A stretch of DNA of 63,906 nt, counting the filler, from an uncultured bacterium (GTDB lineage Bacteria > DAOPZR01), in assembly GCA_964637655.1 (NCBI GenBank). It is 3 parts of 3 records of this genome, joined end to end, with 100 filler letters (N's around TTAATTAATTAA, not from the genome) between each part and the next. Parts side by side here need not be neighbours in the genome. Positions count along the whole stretch, not along the records: positions 1 to 28,042 come from CAZWUZ010000017.1; 2 more parts are not named here. One strand, 5' to 3'. Position 1 is the stretch's first letter. Every line of letters begins with the position of its first letter. This document shows positions 1 through 9,020 of the stretch, in pieces. Under the pieces are notes generated by a model. It did no database searches and was not told the DNA's origin. It saw nothing but the letters and a program-made list of their open reading frames with translations. A program made the position numbers and the translations under genes.

Positions 1-165
1 GAACGCGGCGGTTTTCCCCGTTCCCGTCTGGGCGAGGCCGAGCACGTCGCGTCCCTCCATCACCGGGGGGATCGACTGCGCCTGGATGGGCGTCGGGGTT
101 TCGTAGCCGAGCGTGGCGAGGCCCGCGGCTACTTTCGGATGGAACTGAAACTTCTGGAACGGCAT
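1..165 (-). CDS. DEAD-box RNA helicase, N-terminal part (runs off window)
   Basis: Manual translation [55 protein letters not shown] contains the Q motif and Walker A (AQTGTGKT); SD AAAGGA upstream. Confidence 0.95.
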   Translation of the reverse strand, partial: MPFQKFQFHPKVAAGLATLGYETPTPIQAQSIPPVMEGRDVLGLAQTGTGKTAAF

Positions 166-345
166 ACAACAGTCCTTTCGTGCGGCGGGCACAGGAGCCG
201 GCCGCCGGCGCAGACACTCTGCGCCACGTGTTTGATTTTTCGCGTACCCGGATGTGAGGTCAGCAGATGAGCGAAACATTACGGCGGGGCGTTATCTGAC
301 CCGCGGCACTGCGCCGCGGGCACATCCCTTCGCACCACGCAACGG

Positions 346-374
346 ATTATACCACAGAATGCATGGAAAAGCAA
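346..374 (-). promoter_or_regulatory. sigma70-type promoter for the helicase
   Basis: TTGCTT-N17-TATAAT with TGn extended -10 on the minus strand. Confidence 0.7.
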
Positions 375-380
375 GCGGAA

Positions 381-1994
381 TTATGCGGGAGGAACAACGT
401 ACAGGCGGAGACGCCCGGTGACCGGGACGGCGTTATGCACCGGTCCGAAGAGCAGTTCTGCCCCGCACAGCGCGGGGGCGAACCGTGTGAGGAAATCACG
501 ACCCTGCGCCGTGTACTCCGTATCGATGACGAGGTGCGTGATACCGTATTGTTTCGCCCAGCGTGCGAACTGGGCGCGGTCGCGGAACTCCGGCATGATG
601 GCGACCGGGACCCGCGCCGCGTTCGCCACCACCCACGGGTCGGTGGCGCCGACGACTGCGTTGTCCGGCAGTGAGCGGACCAGCGCGGCATAGACCGCGG
701 GGGCGTGCGGGCCGTGCTGCGTCCGGCGTACATACCCTTCGACCTGCTGCATGTCTTTCCAGGCGCAGGCACTGAGCACAAAGACGAGGTAGAGCAGGAG
801 CAGGGCGCGCACCCGCGCGTGGCGGGATGCGGGAAGCGCGCGGAAGAAGAGCCCGTCGGGCGCCAGCGCGCGCAGCGCCACGGGGATGAGCAGGCCGAGG
901 ACGGGGATGAGGAAGCGCGGGGCATAGACCGACCAGAAGGAGACGAGCACCGCGTAATTGAGCAGCGCGGCGGTGACGAGCACGAACAGGTGGCGGCTGC
1001 CGTCGCCGCGCCAGTTGACCCCCACGACCAGCGGCAGGAAAAAGAGAAACAGCCACGGCAGGCAGAAATCATAGGCGTACTTGACGGCGTTGCCCGCCCA
1101 GCCGCGCAGGACGAGCGGCAGATTGCCCGCGATGAAGGCCGCAGGTTTCGGGTAGTCGTACTCGAACCCCTGCCAGATGGCAATGTCGTAGGCGGGAAGG
1201 CAGTAATGCGAGGAATGGATGTCGTAGAATGTTTCGCCCTGCGTCAGGTACGTATTGACCGGGACGATGGCGGCAAGGAGCAGGTAGGGAATGACGAGCG
1301 CGGCCAGTTGCGGCAGCGCGCGCTGCCGGCGGCGCACGAGCAGATAGATGATCGCGGCAAGGAGGAGGAGCAGCCCGTTGCCGCGCAGCAGGCCTGCGAG
1401 CCCGGCCAGCAGACCGCACCACAGCCAGCGCCGGGGGGGGGCGTCCGCGCCGGGCAGCGCCAGCACGAACAGGAACGTGAGCAGCAGCAGCGGGGTCTCG
1501 GTATGCAGCCCCAGCGAGTTGTCGAAGATCCACGGGTGCAGCGAGACGAGTAGCGTGCCGAGTGCGGCGACCAGCCCGTTCTGTGTCAGGCGCAGGATGA
1601 GCAGATACGCGGCAAGCGCGGCCAGCACGGCAAAGAGGGTGTTGGCCTGAAACAGGACGTCGCCGGAGTCGCCGGGATGCAGGAACGGGCAGTGATGAAA
1701 CAGTCCGTCGCCGGACCCGCCCGCGCGCAACAGCCATGACAGCAGCAGCGGATACAGCGGCGGGCGCTCGCCCCACGCGGCGTGCGACACGGGGAACGGG
1801 CGGTAATAGTGAAATTTGATATCCAGCACGTACCCGCGCCCCTCCGCCAGATTGCGTGCGATGTTGAAATATTCGTGGCTGTCCGGGGACCAGGCCGGGC
1901 CGTACGCCGCCAGCCAGCCGAGACGTAAACCGGCGACCGCCAGCAGGACAAGCAGGAGGGCGGCACAATGCCGCCACGGGAATACGGTTAGCAC
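381..1994 (-). CDS. ArnT/GT39-like (GT-C) polytopic membrane glycosyltransferase
   Basis: First-loop motif WSPDSHEY..IARNL, RPPLYP, many TM segments, RFLIP motif. Confidence 0.75.
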   Translation of the reverse strand: MLTVFPWRHCAALLLVLLAVAGLRLGWLAAYGPAWSPDSHEYFNIARNLAEGRGYVLDIKFHYYRPFPVSHAAWGERPPLYPLLLSWLLRAGGSGDGLFHHCPFLHPGDSGDVLFQANTLFAVLAALAAYLLILRLTQNGLVAALGTLLVSLHPWIFDNSLGLHTETPLLLLTFLFVLALPGADAPPRRWLWCGLLAGLAGLLRGNGLLLLLAAIIYLLVRRRQRALPQLAALVIPYLLLAAIVPVNTYLTQGETFYDIHSSHYCLPAYDIAIWQGFEYDYPKPAAFIAGNLPLVLRGWAGNAVKYAYDFCLPWLFLFFLPLVVGVNWRGDGSRHLFVLVTAALLNYAVLVSFWSVYAPRFLIPVLGLLIPVALRALAPDGLFFRALPASRHARVRALLLLYLVFVLSACAWKDMQQVEGYVRRTQHGPHAPAVYAALVRSLPDNAVVGATDPWVVANAARVPVAIMPEFRDRAQFARWAKQYGITHLVIDTEYTAQGRDFLTRFAPALCGAELLFGPVHNAVPVTGRLRLYVVPPA

Positions 1995-2082
1995 GGGGCA
2001 ACTCTACCACGCGCGGGCGGGCATGGTCAAGAAAAAATCACTTGCGCGCGGGCGGGTGCTGTGTTAGTATTGTGGGTGAGGT

Positions 2083-2187
2083 GCAACTGTTCAGCCACCC
2101 TCACCCTTCCCTCCCCGCCTGAGGCGGGAGAGGGTGATTGCCTTCCCCCTCTTTGCGGGGGAAGGTTGGATGAGGGTGAACAATTGC
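2083..2187. mobile_element. MITE/REP-like element, decayed copy
   Basis: Ends GCAACTGTTCA ... TGAACAATTGC (10/11 inverted), internal CCCTC..GAGGG hairpins, flanks GGTGAGGT/TGTGCGGT (6/8 direct repeat); resembles 51016-51160. Confidence 0.6.
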
Positions 2188-2238
2188 TGTGCGGTGGCGG
2201 CAGCGGAGGCGACCGCATCACATCCTGCAGGAGGAACT

Positions 2239-2574
2239 ATGAAGACGGTTTTGACGGCAACCCTGTGTGTGGCGCTGCTGGTGGCGACCATCGTCGGGAT
2301 TACGCTCGACGCGGTGGCGACGGTTTTCCTGGCGTTCATCATCCCCATCATCATGTTCCTGTCGACCTACTGGCTGGTGACGGGCCTGGGCAAGAAGATC
2401 ATTCTGCAGATGCGCAAGGCATTCGGGGAAAACGTGGTGCGCATCGTCAGTGCCATCATCGAGTATTTCGAGGTGCCGCTGACCATCATCCTCACCGCCT
2501 GCCTGACGCTTTTCATCCTCGCCATCTCGGCGGTGGTCATCCTGCTGCCGCGTCTCGAAGTGCTCGGACGCTGA
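2239..2574 (+). CDS. Small membrane protein (about 3 TM)
   Basis: SD AGGAGG before ATG 2239; hydrophobic ORF with GC-rich third positions. Confidence 0.75.
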   Translation: MKTVLTATLCVALLVATIVGITLDAVATVFLAFIIPIIMFLSTYWLVTGLGKKIILQMRKAFGENVVRIVSAIIEYFEVPLTIILTACLTLFILAISAVVILLPRLEVLGR

Positions 2575-2580
2575 TGCGGC

Positions 2581-3573
2581 ATGGCTGACCGCGGCTCGCT
2601 GGTCGATCTCGACCTGACCAGCGACGATCCGCGCGAGTTCATCGGTGAACTCGCGCGCCTGAAGATCACCCTGCTCGACCGCGAAATCGTCCGCGAGATC
2701 GCCGAGTCGGGGACCGGCAGTCGCGAGGTACAACAGCTGCTGACCGCGCGGCGCGCGTTCCAGGACATGCTCGCGCGGCTGGGCCTGTCGCTTACCGGGG
2801 CGACGGCGGCCACTGCGACCGCGCCGCCGGCGGCGGCAAAACCGGCCGCTGCTCCACCGGCAGCGGCTCCGGCAGCACCGGCGCCCGGCGGCACGCTCGC
2901 GGCGCGGCTGCGGCAGGAAAAGGCGAAGGCGACCGGTACTCCGCTCCCCGCGCCGGCAGCGGAGAAGGCGCCCGCGCCGGCAGCGGAGAAAACGGCGGCG
3001 TCGGCGGCAGCGCCGGTTCCCGCTCCCGTGCGCACGGTGCAGAAACTGTCGCTGGCCGAGCGGCTGCAGCGCGAGGAAATCAGGAGCATCGATGCGGAGG
3101 CGGCACACCGGCCGCAGCGGACGGTGATCAGCGACGACGATGACGGTACGCCGGCGCTGCCGCCCGCGCCGGCGGAAAGCGCCCCGGCCCCGCAGCCGTC
3201 GCTCGCGCTGCCGAAGCGGGCGCAGAGCACGCTCTGCGTCGAAGCGGTGGCGAGCATCGAGAAGAAGGCGCGCGAGGAGGGGTTCCTCGATACCAAGGAG
3301 ATGCTCTGGCTCAAGCGCGGGCGGCTGCGCGAGCAGCTGCAGCGGCTCGAGGAAACGGGGGCCGACCCGCGGCAGCTGACGCTGCTCAAGAACGAACTGG
3401 AAAAGATCAACTTTCTGCTCGACGGCGGGCTCGAACAGGTCAAGGCGCAGGGTGTGTCGGCAAAGGCGGAAAAGCAGGCGGCGGTGCGGCAGCAGCTGGT
3501 GAAGAAACAGGAAGCGCTGCGCACGGAACTGTCGGGGCTGTTTGACGAGATACAGGGCGGAAGCGAAGCGTAA
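2581..3573 (+). CDS. Hypothetical helical protein with Ala/Pro-rich linker
   Basis: 330-aa ORF in operon; PAPAAEK repeats; coiled-coil-like termini. Confidence 0.75.
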   Translation: MADRGSLVDLDLTSDDPREFIGELARLKITLLDREIVREIAESGTGSREVQQLLTARRAFQDMLARLGLSLTGATAATATAPPAAAKPAAAPPAAAPAAPAPGGTLAARLRQEKAKATGTPLPAPAAEKAPAPAAEKTAASAAAPVPAPVRTVQKLSLAERLQREEIRSIDAEAAHRPQRTVISDDDDGTPALPPAPAESAPAPQPSLALPKRAQSTLCVEAVASIEKKAREEGFLDTKEMLWLKRGRLREQLQRLEETGADPRQLTLLKNELEKINFLLDGGLEQVKAQGVSAKAEKQAAVRQQLVKKQEALRTELSGLFDEIQGGSEA

Positions 3574-3583
3574 GGAGCGGGGC

Positions 3584-3874
3584 ATGGCGTACCGGGATAA
3601 CGAGTGGGAAGAAGACGGCGCGGGCGATGACGATGACGACGCGCCGCAGGGGGAGACGCACTCCTACACCTGCGACGACTGCTACTACCGCTGGCAGGTG
3701 ACGGAATCGGTCGGGGCCGAAGGGCTGACCGACGATGACGACGGCGATGATGACGAAGCCGGCGACGGGGACGAGGAGGATGACGGGCTGCTCGAACCCG
3801 AGGAACCGGTCATCACGAAGTTCACCGACCCCGTCTGCCCGATGTGCGGCTCCCACTCGGTCAGCGAATCCTGA
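3584..3874 (+). CDS. Very acidic zinc-ribbon protein
   Basis: SD AAGGAG; CDDC...CPMCGS knuckle pair separated by a D/E-rich tract. Confidence 0.75.
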   Translation: MAYRDNEWEEDGAGDDDDDAPQGETHSYTCDDCYYRWQVTESVGAEGLTDDDDGDDDEAGDGDEEDDGLLEPEEPVITKFTDPVCPMCGSHSVSES

Positions 3875-4920
3875 TGCGCGCCGGCTTCCTGCCGGTACTG
3901 CTGCTGCTCGCGGGCTGCGCGACACTTGGCGGCCCGGGCGGGCAGGCCGGCACCGCGGGGTTCTCTGCGCTCGCCGATTTCAGCGAAAATTGTGCCGCCA
4001 TGCAGAACGGCACCCGCTGGGGGTATCTCCGCCCCGACGGGACGACCGCCGTCGCCGCGCAGTTCGACGAGGCACGCCCGTTCAGCGAGGGGCTGGCGGC
4101 GGTGCGCACCGGCGCCAACGCTGTCGGGCTGGGCGGTTTGTGGGGCTATATCCGCCCCGACGGCAGCTGGGCCGTCCCCCCGGAGGTGGCCGCCGCGCAC
4201 GAATTCCACGACGGGCGCGCGCGGGTGCGGGTCGGGTCACGCTACGGCTACATCGATGCCGCGGGGACCTTTATCATCAATCCGCAATTCAGTGACGCAC
4301 GCGATTTCCAGGAGCAGCGCGCGGCGGTGCTGCAGGCCGGCGCCTGGGGCTATCTCGACCTGCAGGGCACTATCGCGGTGCGCCCGCAGTTCGAAACGGC
4401 GGACGATTTCACCGCTGACGGGCTGGCGCTGGTGCGCACCGGGAGCATCATGGCCGGACTGGGCGGACGCTACGGCTATATCCGCCCCGACGGCACCTAT
4501 GCCATCAACCCGCAGTTCGCGCAGGCGTCGGCTTTCCGCGAGGGGCTGGCTGTGGTGCGGCGCGGCGAACAGCAGGAGTGCATCGACGCCGCCGGGCGCA
4601 CGGTCGGCATCGTGAACGTCGGGACCGCGGACGCGTTCCATGACGGGCTGGCCCGGGTCATCGTCAACGACCGCTACGGCTTTCTCGACCGCGCGGGCAA
4701 TTTCGCCATCAACCCGCAATTCGACCATGCGGGCCATTTCGCCGACGGGCGCGCGCCCGTCAGGATCGGCGACCTCTACGGCTATATCGACCGCACCGGG
4801 CGCGTGGTGGTGCCGCCGCGGTTCACCGAGGCGCGCGAATTCGCTGACGGGCGTGCGGTGGTCCTGCTCGGCGGGCGCTGGCGCGCCATCGCTCCGTCCG
4901 GCACCCTGCTCTGGCCGTAG
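3874..4920 (+). CDS. WG-repeat lipoprotein
   Basis: Lipobox LAGC; repeated (W/Y)G(Y/F)I....G...I.PQF..A..F.(D/E)G.A.V units; TGATG coupling to upstream gene. Confidence 0.9.
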   Translation: MRAGFLPVLLLLAGCATLGGPGGQAGTAGFSALADFSENCAAMQNGTRWGYLRPDGTTAVAAQFDEARPFSEGLAAVRTGANAVGLGGLWGYIRPDGSWAVPPEVAAAHEFHDGRARVRVGSRYGYIDAAGTFIINPQFSDARDFQEQRAAVLQAGAWGYLDLQGTIAVRPQFETADDFTADGLALVRTGSIMAGLGGRYGYIRPDGTYAINPQFAQASAFREGLAVVRRGEQQECIDAAGRTVGIVNVGTADAFHDGLARVIVNDRYGFLDRAGNFAINPQFDHAGHFADGRAPVRIGDLYGYIDRTGRVVVPPRFTEAREFADGRAVVLLGGRWRAIAPSGTLLWP

Positions 4921-4934
4921 CCGGGCCGCCGGCC

Positions 4935-6062
4935 ATGCATCTCGTTCACCTCATTACGCAACTGGAAAACGGCGGGGCGCAGCGCAACACGCTGCTGTCC
5001 TGCGCCGCGCAGGCGCGTGCCGGGCACCGGGTCACCCTGCTGGCGGGCGCGGGCGGGATGCTCGACGCGGACGCCGCGCGTCTTCCCGGGGTTGACTTCG
5101 TGCCGCTGCCCGAACTGCTGCATCCCGTGCGCCCGCGTGCTGACTGGCGCGCGCTGCGCGCACTGGTCGCGCGCCTGCGCGACCTGCAGCCCGACCTGCT
5201 GCATACGCACTCCTCGAAGGCGGGTATTCTCGGACGCGAGGCGGCGGCCCGCAGCGGGTTGCGCGCCGTGGTGCATACCGTGCACGGCTGGAGTTTCAAC
5301 GACCGGCAGCCCTGGCTGCAGCAGCGGTTCTTCCGCATGCTGGAACGGCGCGCGGCGGTGCAGAGCCGCTTTCTTGTCACCGTGTCGCAGGCGGACCGCA
5401 TCACCGGCATCCGCCACGGCATCGGGCGCGCGCAGCAGTACCGCGTTATCCGCAGCGCCATTGACTGGGACGCCGCGGTGGCGGCGACTGCGCGGCGGGC
5501 AGCCGTGCGGCAGGCGCTCGGGCTCGACGCCCGAACGCCGCTGGTGCTGATGACCGCCTGCCTCAAGCCGCAGAAGGCGCCGCTGCTCTTTGTGGACGTG
5601 GCCCGTCGTGTCGGGGATGCCGTGTTTCTCCTTGCCGGCGACGGGGCGTTGCGCCCGGCGGTCGAACGCGCGGCGGCTGACCTGGGGCCGCGTTTCCACC
5701 TGCCGGGCTGGCAGGAAGATGTCGCGGGTCTCGTCGCGGCGGCTGATGCCTTCGTGCTTACCTCGCGCTGGGAAGGACTGCCGCGCGCGGCGGTCGAGGC
5801 GGTGGCGGCGGGCACCCCCGCAGTAGTGACCGATACCGGCGGGGTGCGCGATCTCGTGCGCGACGGCGACAACGGGTTCATCGTGCCGTGCGACGATGCC
5901 GCCACGCTGGCACAGCGCCTGCGCACGGTGCTGCACTGGCCGCGCGACGCGGCGGCGCGCGCGGCGCGGCAGGAGCGCGCGGCACAGGCGTACCGCGGCG
6001 AGTTCGCGCTCGAGGCGATGTTCACGCGTTTGCAGGAACTCTACGCGGAGGCGGTGACATGA
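4935..6062 (+). CDS. Glycosyltransferase family 4 (GT-B)
   Basis: GGAQR, HTHSSKAG, HTVHGW, EGLPRAAVEA (EX7E). Confidence 0.92.
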   Translation: MHLVHLITQLENGGAQRNTLLSCAAQARAGHRVTLLAGAGGMLDADAARLPGVDFVPLPELLHPVRPRADWRALRALVARLRDLQPDLLHTHSSKAGILGREAAARSGLRAVVHTVHGWSFNDRQPWLQQRFFRMLERRAAVQSRFLVTVSQADRITGIRHGIGRAQQYRVIRSAIDWDAAVAATARRAAVRQALGLDARTPLVLMTACLKPQKAPLLFVDVARRVGDAVFLLAGDGALRPAVERAAADLGPRFHLPGWQEDVAGLVAAADAFVLTSRWEGLPRAAVEAVAAGTPAVVTDTGGVRDLVRDGDNGFIVPCDDAATLAQRLRTVLHWPRDAAARAARQERAAQAYRGEFALEAMFTRLQELYAEAVT

Positions 6063-7339
6063 GCCGCGGCGCCTGGCTGGTGCTGCTGGTGGCGTCGCTG
6101 CTGCTCATGGGCGCGTCGGGACATCTCTACAGCGCCGACGGGCTGGCGCTCTGGCAGGTGGCGCACAACCTGCTCGCGGGACACGGGCCGGTCATCGCGC
6201 CGAAACTTGCGGCTTTCGGGCACTGGCATGACGGGAAACTCTATGCCAAGTTCGGGCTCGGGCATTCGCTGCTGCTGCTGCCGTTCGTCGTTGCGGGGAG
6301 CGTGACGGGCGCGCTGGCGGGCAATCCGGCGGCGGAAGGTATGGCGGTGGCGTTCGCCAACACGGCGGTAGTGACGCTGCTCGCCGGTTTCTTCTGGCAA
6401 CTGCTCGGGACGTTCGGCATTGCCGACGGCGTGCGGCGCGACCTGACGCTGCTGCTGGTCTTCACCACCCCGCTCTGGGTCTACGCGAAACAGGATTTTC
6501 CCGAGCCGCTCTGCGCCCTGCTGCTGACCCTGACTCTGCTGCTCATCCGCCGCGGACGGCATCTTGCCGCCGGGCTGGCCGCGGGCGCGCTGCTCCTCGT
6601 GCGTTTCGACTGCGCCGTGCCGGTGGCGGCATTCCTCGTCGTCTATCCCGTGCGCGACCGCCACGCCGCGGCGCGTTTTGTGACGGGGATCATGCCGGGC
6701 GCGGTACTGCTGCTGCTGTACAATTTCGCGCGCTACGGGTCGTTCTTCACCACGGGATTCGGCGATCCCGACGAGACCTTCTCCACGCCGCTGCTGCTCG
6801 GGCTGGGCGGACTGCTTTTTTCGCCGGGCAAGTCGCTCCTGCTCTACGCGCCGGTGCTGCTGCTCCTCCCGGCCGCATGGCTGGCCATGCGCCGGCACGA
6901 AGAGCGACTCGCCTGGCTGCTGCTCCTCATGAGCGTTGCCTACACCGTGCTGCACGCGAAGTGGTACGCGTGGATGGGCGGGTGGTGCTGGGGGCCGCGC
7001 CGCCTCGTCCCGCTCCTTCCGGTCTTCATGCTGGCCATGGCGTGGTGGCCGGCAGCAACCTGGCTGCGCCGCCGCCTGCTCTTTGTGCTCGCGCTCTGCG
7101 GTCTGCTGGTCAATCTCGCCGGGGTGGCGGTCAACTACAACGACTACCTGCTGACGGAGTACCACCGGGTCGACACCATCTTTACCGCGGAGCACAGTCC
7201 CGTGCTCTGGCACTGGCGTCATATCCTCAGTCATGGCCATGACTTCCTGCCACTGGCCCCGCCGCTGCTTGCGGGGTGGGTGCTGTTCTGGAGCGGGACC
7301 GCGCTGCTTGCCCTGCAGCGCTTGCGTTTTTCCTCCTGA
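6059..7339 (+). CDS. GT-C-like polytopic membrane protein
   Basis: Multi-TM; YSADG, YAKFGLG, SPGKSLLLYAP, WCWGPRRLVP motifs; ATGA overlap with the GT4 gene. Confidence 0.7.
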   Translation: MSRGAWLVLLVASLLLMGASGHLYSADGLALWQVAHNLLAGHGPVIAPKLAAFGHWHDGKLYAKFGLGHSLLLLPFVVAGSVTGALAGNPAAEGMAVAFANTAVVTLLAGFFWQLLGTFGIADGVRRDLTLLLVFTTPLWVYAKQDFPEPLCALLLTLTLLLIRRGRHLAAGLAAGALLLVRFDCAVPVAAFLVVYPVRDRHAAARFVTGIMPGAVLLLLYNFARYGSFFTTGFGDPDETFSTPLLLGLGGLLFSPGKSLLLYAPVLLLLPAAWLAMRRHEERLAWLLLLMSVAYTVLHAKWYAWMGGWCWGPRRLVPLLPVFMLAMAWWPAATWLRRRLLFVLALCGLLVNLAGVAVNYNDYLLTEYHRVDTIFTAEHSPVLWHWRHILSHGHDFLPLAPPLLAGWVLFWSGTALLALQRLRFSS

Positions 7340-7380
7340 CGCGCTATAATTGAGTTGGAAGTGTGCGAGGGGGAGAAGCC

Positions 7381-8457
7381 ATGAAACTGCCTGTCCGTCT
7401 GCTGCTCATTGCGCTGCTGACCGTGCTGCTGGCCACCGTGGCGTGGCAGGGTGATATCCGCGTCTATGCCGAAGAGGGTGAAGAGGCCGCAACGGCAGAG
7501 AATGTACCGCCCGCGGCAGCAGAGAAGAAGACCTTCGACGATTTTATCTCGTATCTCTACGACCAGATGCCGCCGGTGCAGCGTGACCGCATCTCGCGCA
7601 ACGATTTTGTCCAGCTGACCAAGGCGATGCAGGAAGCAGCCGTGCGCCAGATGGAGAAAGCGGCGGCGGAGGCGCGGGGCGAGCAGGCGCAACAGATGCA
7701 GGAAATGGTGCAGAAGATGCGCGAGCAGATGGCGGAGCAGGATTACAGCGAAGCCATTGCCAAGATGGAAGAGATGAACCTCAAGGAGATGATTGCCGCG
7801 CAGCCGCAGTTCAATCCGGATATGCAGGACCAGCCGGTCGCCGATTCGCTGCGTGCCTCGTATGACAGCATGCCCGCAGAGATCCGGGAGCAGATGTCGT
7901 TCGAGAAATTCCAGCAGGCGCAGCAGGCGCAGTTACGGGCGATGGGCCTGGAGGCCGACGCGACCTGGGGAGAAATGAACGATGCTTCGCAGAAGATGAC
8001 CGACGAACTGCTGGCCAAGGTCAAGAGCGGCGAGGAAATCGACCTTGGCGAGTTCGCGAAAAAGTTCCAGGCGGCGATGGGCGAATCAGCGCGCTCGTTC
8101 TCGCCGCCGCGCCCGCAGGTGCAGATGGCGGCGGCAGCTCCGCAGGATACCAGTCCGGCGGCGGTGGCGCGGCGGATGATGGAAATTTCCCCGCTGGTCA
8201 CCATCAGCATGCGCCGCGGGCATTCGCTCGACGGCTACCTGCTGCCGAACGAAACGATGGGCAGGAACCCCGCGCAGTTTATCGGGGTGCGCCCCGCCAA
8301 CCACGGCAGCACGGGCATTTTTACCGGAGTGATGGTGATGCGGCGCAGCGATATCGCGTCGATCACCTTCTTTGATGACGAAGCGCGCGAACTCAAGGAC
8401 CTGTCGCTGTCCGAGTTCATGCGGCAGTACATGTTTACGGACGAACCCGCGGCGTAA
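7381..8457 (+). CDS. Exported hypothetical protein, Q/M/E-rich helical
   Basis: SD GGGGGAG, N-terminal signal/TM segment, GC-biased codon use. Confidence 0.75.
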   Translation: MKLPVRLLLIALLTVLLATVAWQGDIRVYAEEGEEAATAENVPPAAAEKKTFDDFISYLYDQMPPVQRDRISRNDFVQLTKAMQEAAVRQMEKAAAEARGEQAQQMQEMVQKMREQMAEQDYSEAIAKMEEMNLKEMIAAQPQFNPDMQDQPVADSLRASYDSMPAEIREQMSFEKFQQAQQAQLRAMGLEADATWGEMNDASQKMTDELLAKVKSGEEIDLGEFAKKFQAAMGESARSFSPPRPQVQMAAAAPQDTSPAAVARRMMEISPLVTISMRRGHSLDGYLLPNETMGRNPAQFIGVRPANHGSTGIFTGVMVMRRSDIASITFFDDEARELKDLSLSEFMRQYMFTDEPAA

Positions 8458-8477
8458 GGGGTTGATGCGGCGCCCGG

Positions 8478-8571
8478 TGCCCTCCGTAATCGCGGCATGC
8501 ACCGCCTCGTGCGGTTGGCCGCGACCAATGCCCTCCGTGGCGGTCGCGGCATGCACCGCCTCGTGCGGTTG
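8478..8571. repeat. Two-copy intergenic direct repeat
   Basis: TCGCGGCATGCACCGCCTCGTGCGGTTG identical at 8490-8517 and 8544-8571, each preceded by TGCCCTCCGT. Confidence 0.85.
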
Positions 8572-8597
8572 ACTTTTTCCCGCTGGTGGTGTATAAG
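8569..8597 (+). promoter_or_regulatory. sigma70 promoter of tRNA operon
   Basis: TTGACT-N17-TATAAG followed by GC-rich discriminator GGGCGGGC. Confidence 0.75.
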
Positions 8598-8610
8598 GGG
8601 CGGGCATTGA

Positions 8611-8687
8611 GCTGGCGTAGCTCAGCTGGCGAGAGCAGCTGATTTGTAATCAGCAGGTCGCAGGTTCAAATCCTGTCGCCAGCTCCA
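8611..8687 (+). tRNA. tRNA-Thr(UGU)
   Basis: Acceptor GCTGGCG/CGCCAGC, anticodon arm GCTGAT-TTGTA-ATCAGC, GGTTCAAATCC, CCA end. Confidence 0.97.
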
Positions 8688-8703
8688 GAAGACCGGAAAA
8701 ACC

Positions 8704-8789
8704 GGGCAGGTGGCCGAGTGGCTAAAGGCGGCAGACTGTAAATCTGCTGGCATCCGCCTACGGAGGTTCGAATCCTTCCCTGCCCACCA
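8704..8789 (+). tRNA. tRNA-Tyr(GUA)
   Basis: GGGCAGG/CCTGCCC acceptor, GCAGA-CTGTAAA-TCTGC, long variable arm, CCA. Confidence 0.97.
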
Positions 8790-8797
8790 TTTATCTC

Positions 8798-8873
8798 GCG
8801 GGCGTAACTCAATTGGTAGAGTTCCAGCCTTCCAAGCTGGATGTCGCGGGTTCGAGCCCCGTCGCCCGCTCCA
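8798..8873 (+). tRNA. tRNA-Gly(UCC)
   Basis: GCGGGCG/CGCCCGC acceptor, CCAGC-CTTCCAA-GCTGG, GGTTCGAG, CCA. Confidence 0.97.
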
Positions 8874-8912
8874 TAGTTTTCCGGGGCGGTGCGACGGTGC
8901 TGCCAATAGGGT

Positions 8913-8932
8913 GAGCCCCGTCGCCCGCTCCA
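8913..8932 (+). repeat. 20-bp duplicate of tRNA-Gly 3' end (att-like scar)
   Basis: GAGCCCCGTCGCCCGCTCCA identical to 8854-8873. Confidence 0.85.
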
Positions 8933-9020
8933 ATTAGGTGCCACTCTTTCACATTTTCACATTCTGTTTTTTGTAATAGAATGCCGGGCAAACAGTTGTG
9001 TTGAATGGTGAAATAATTAC

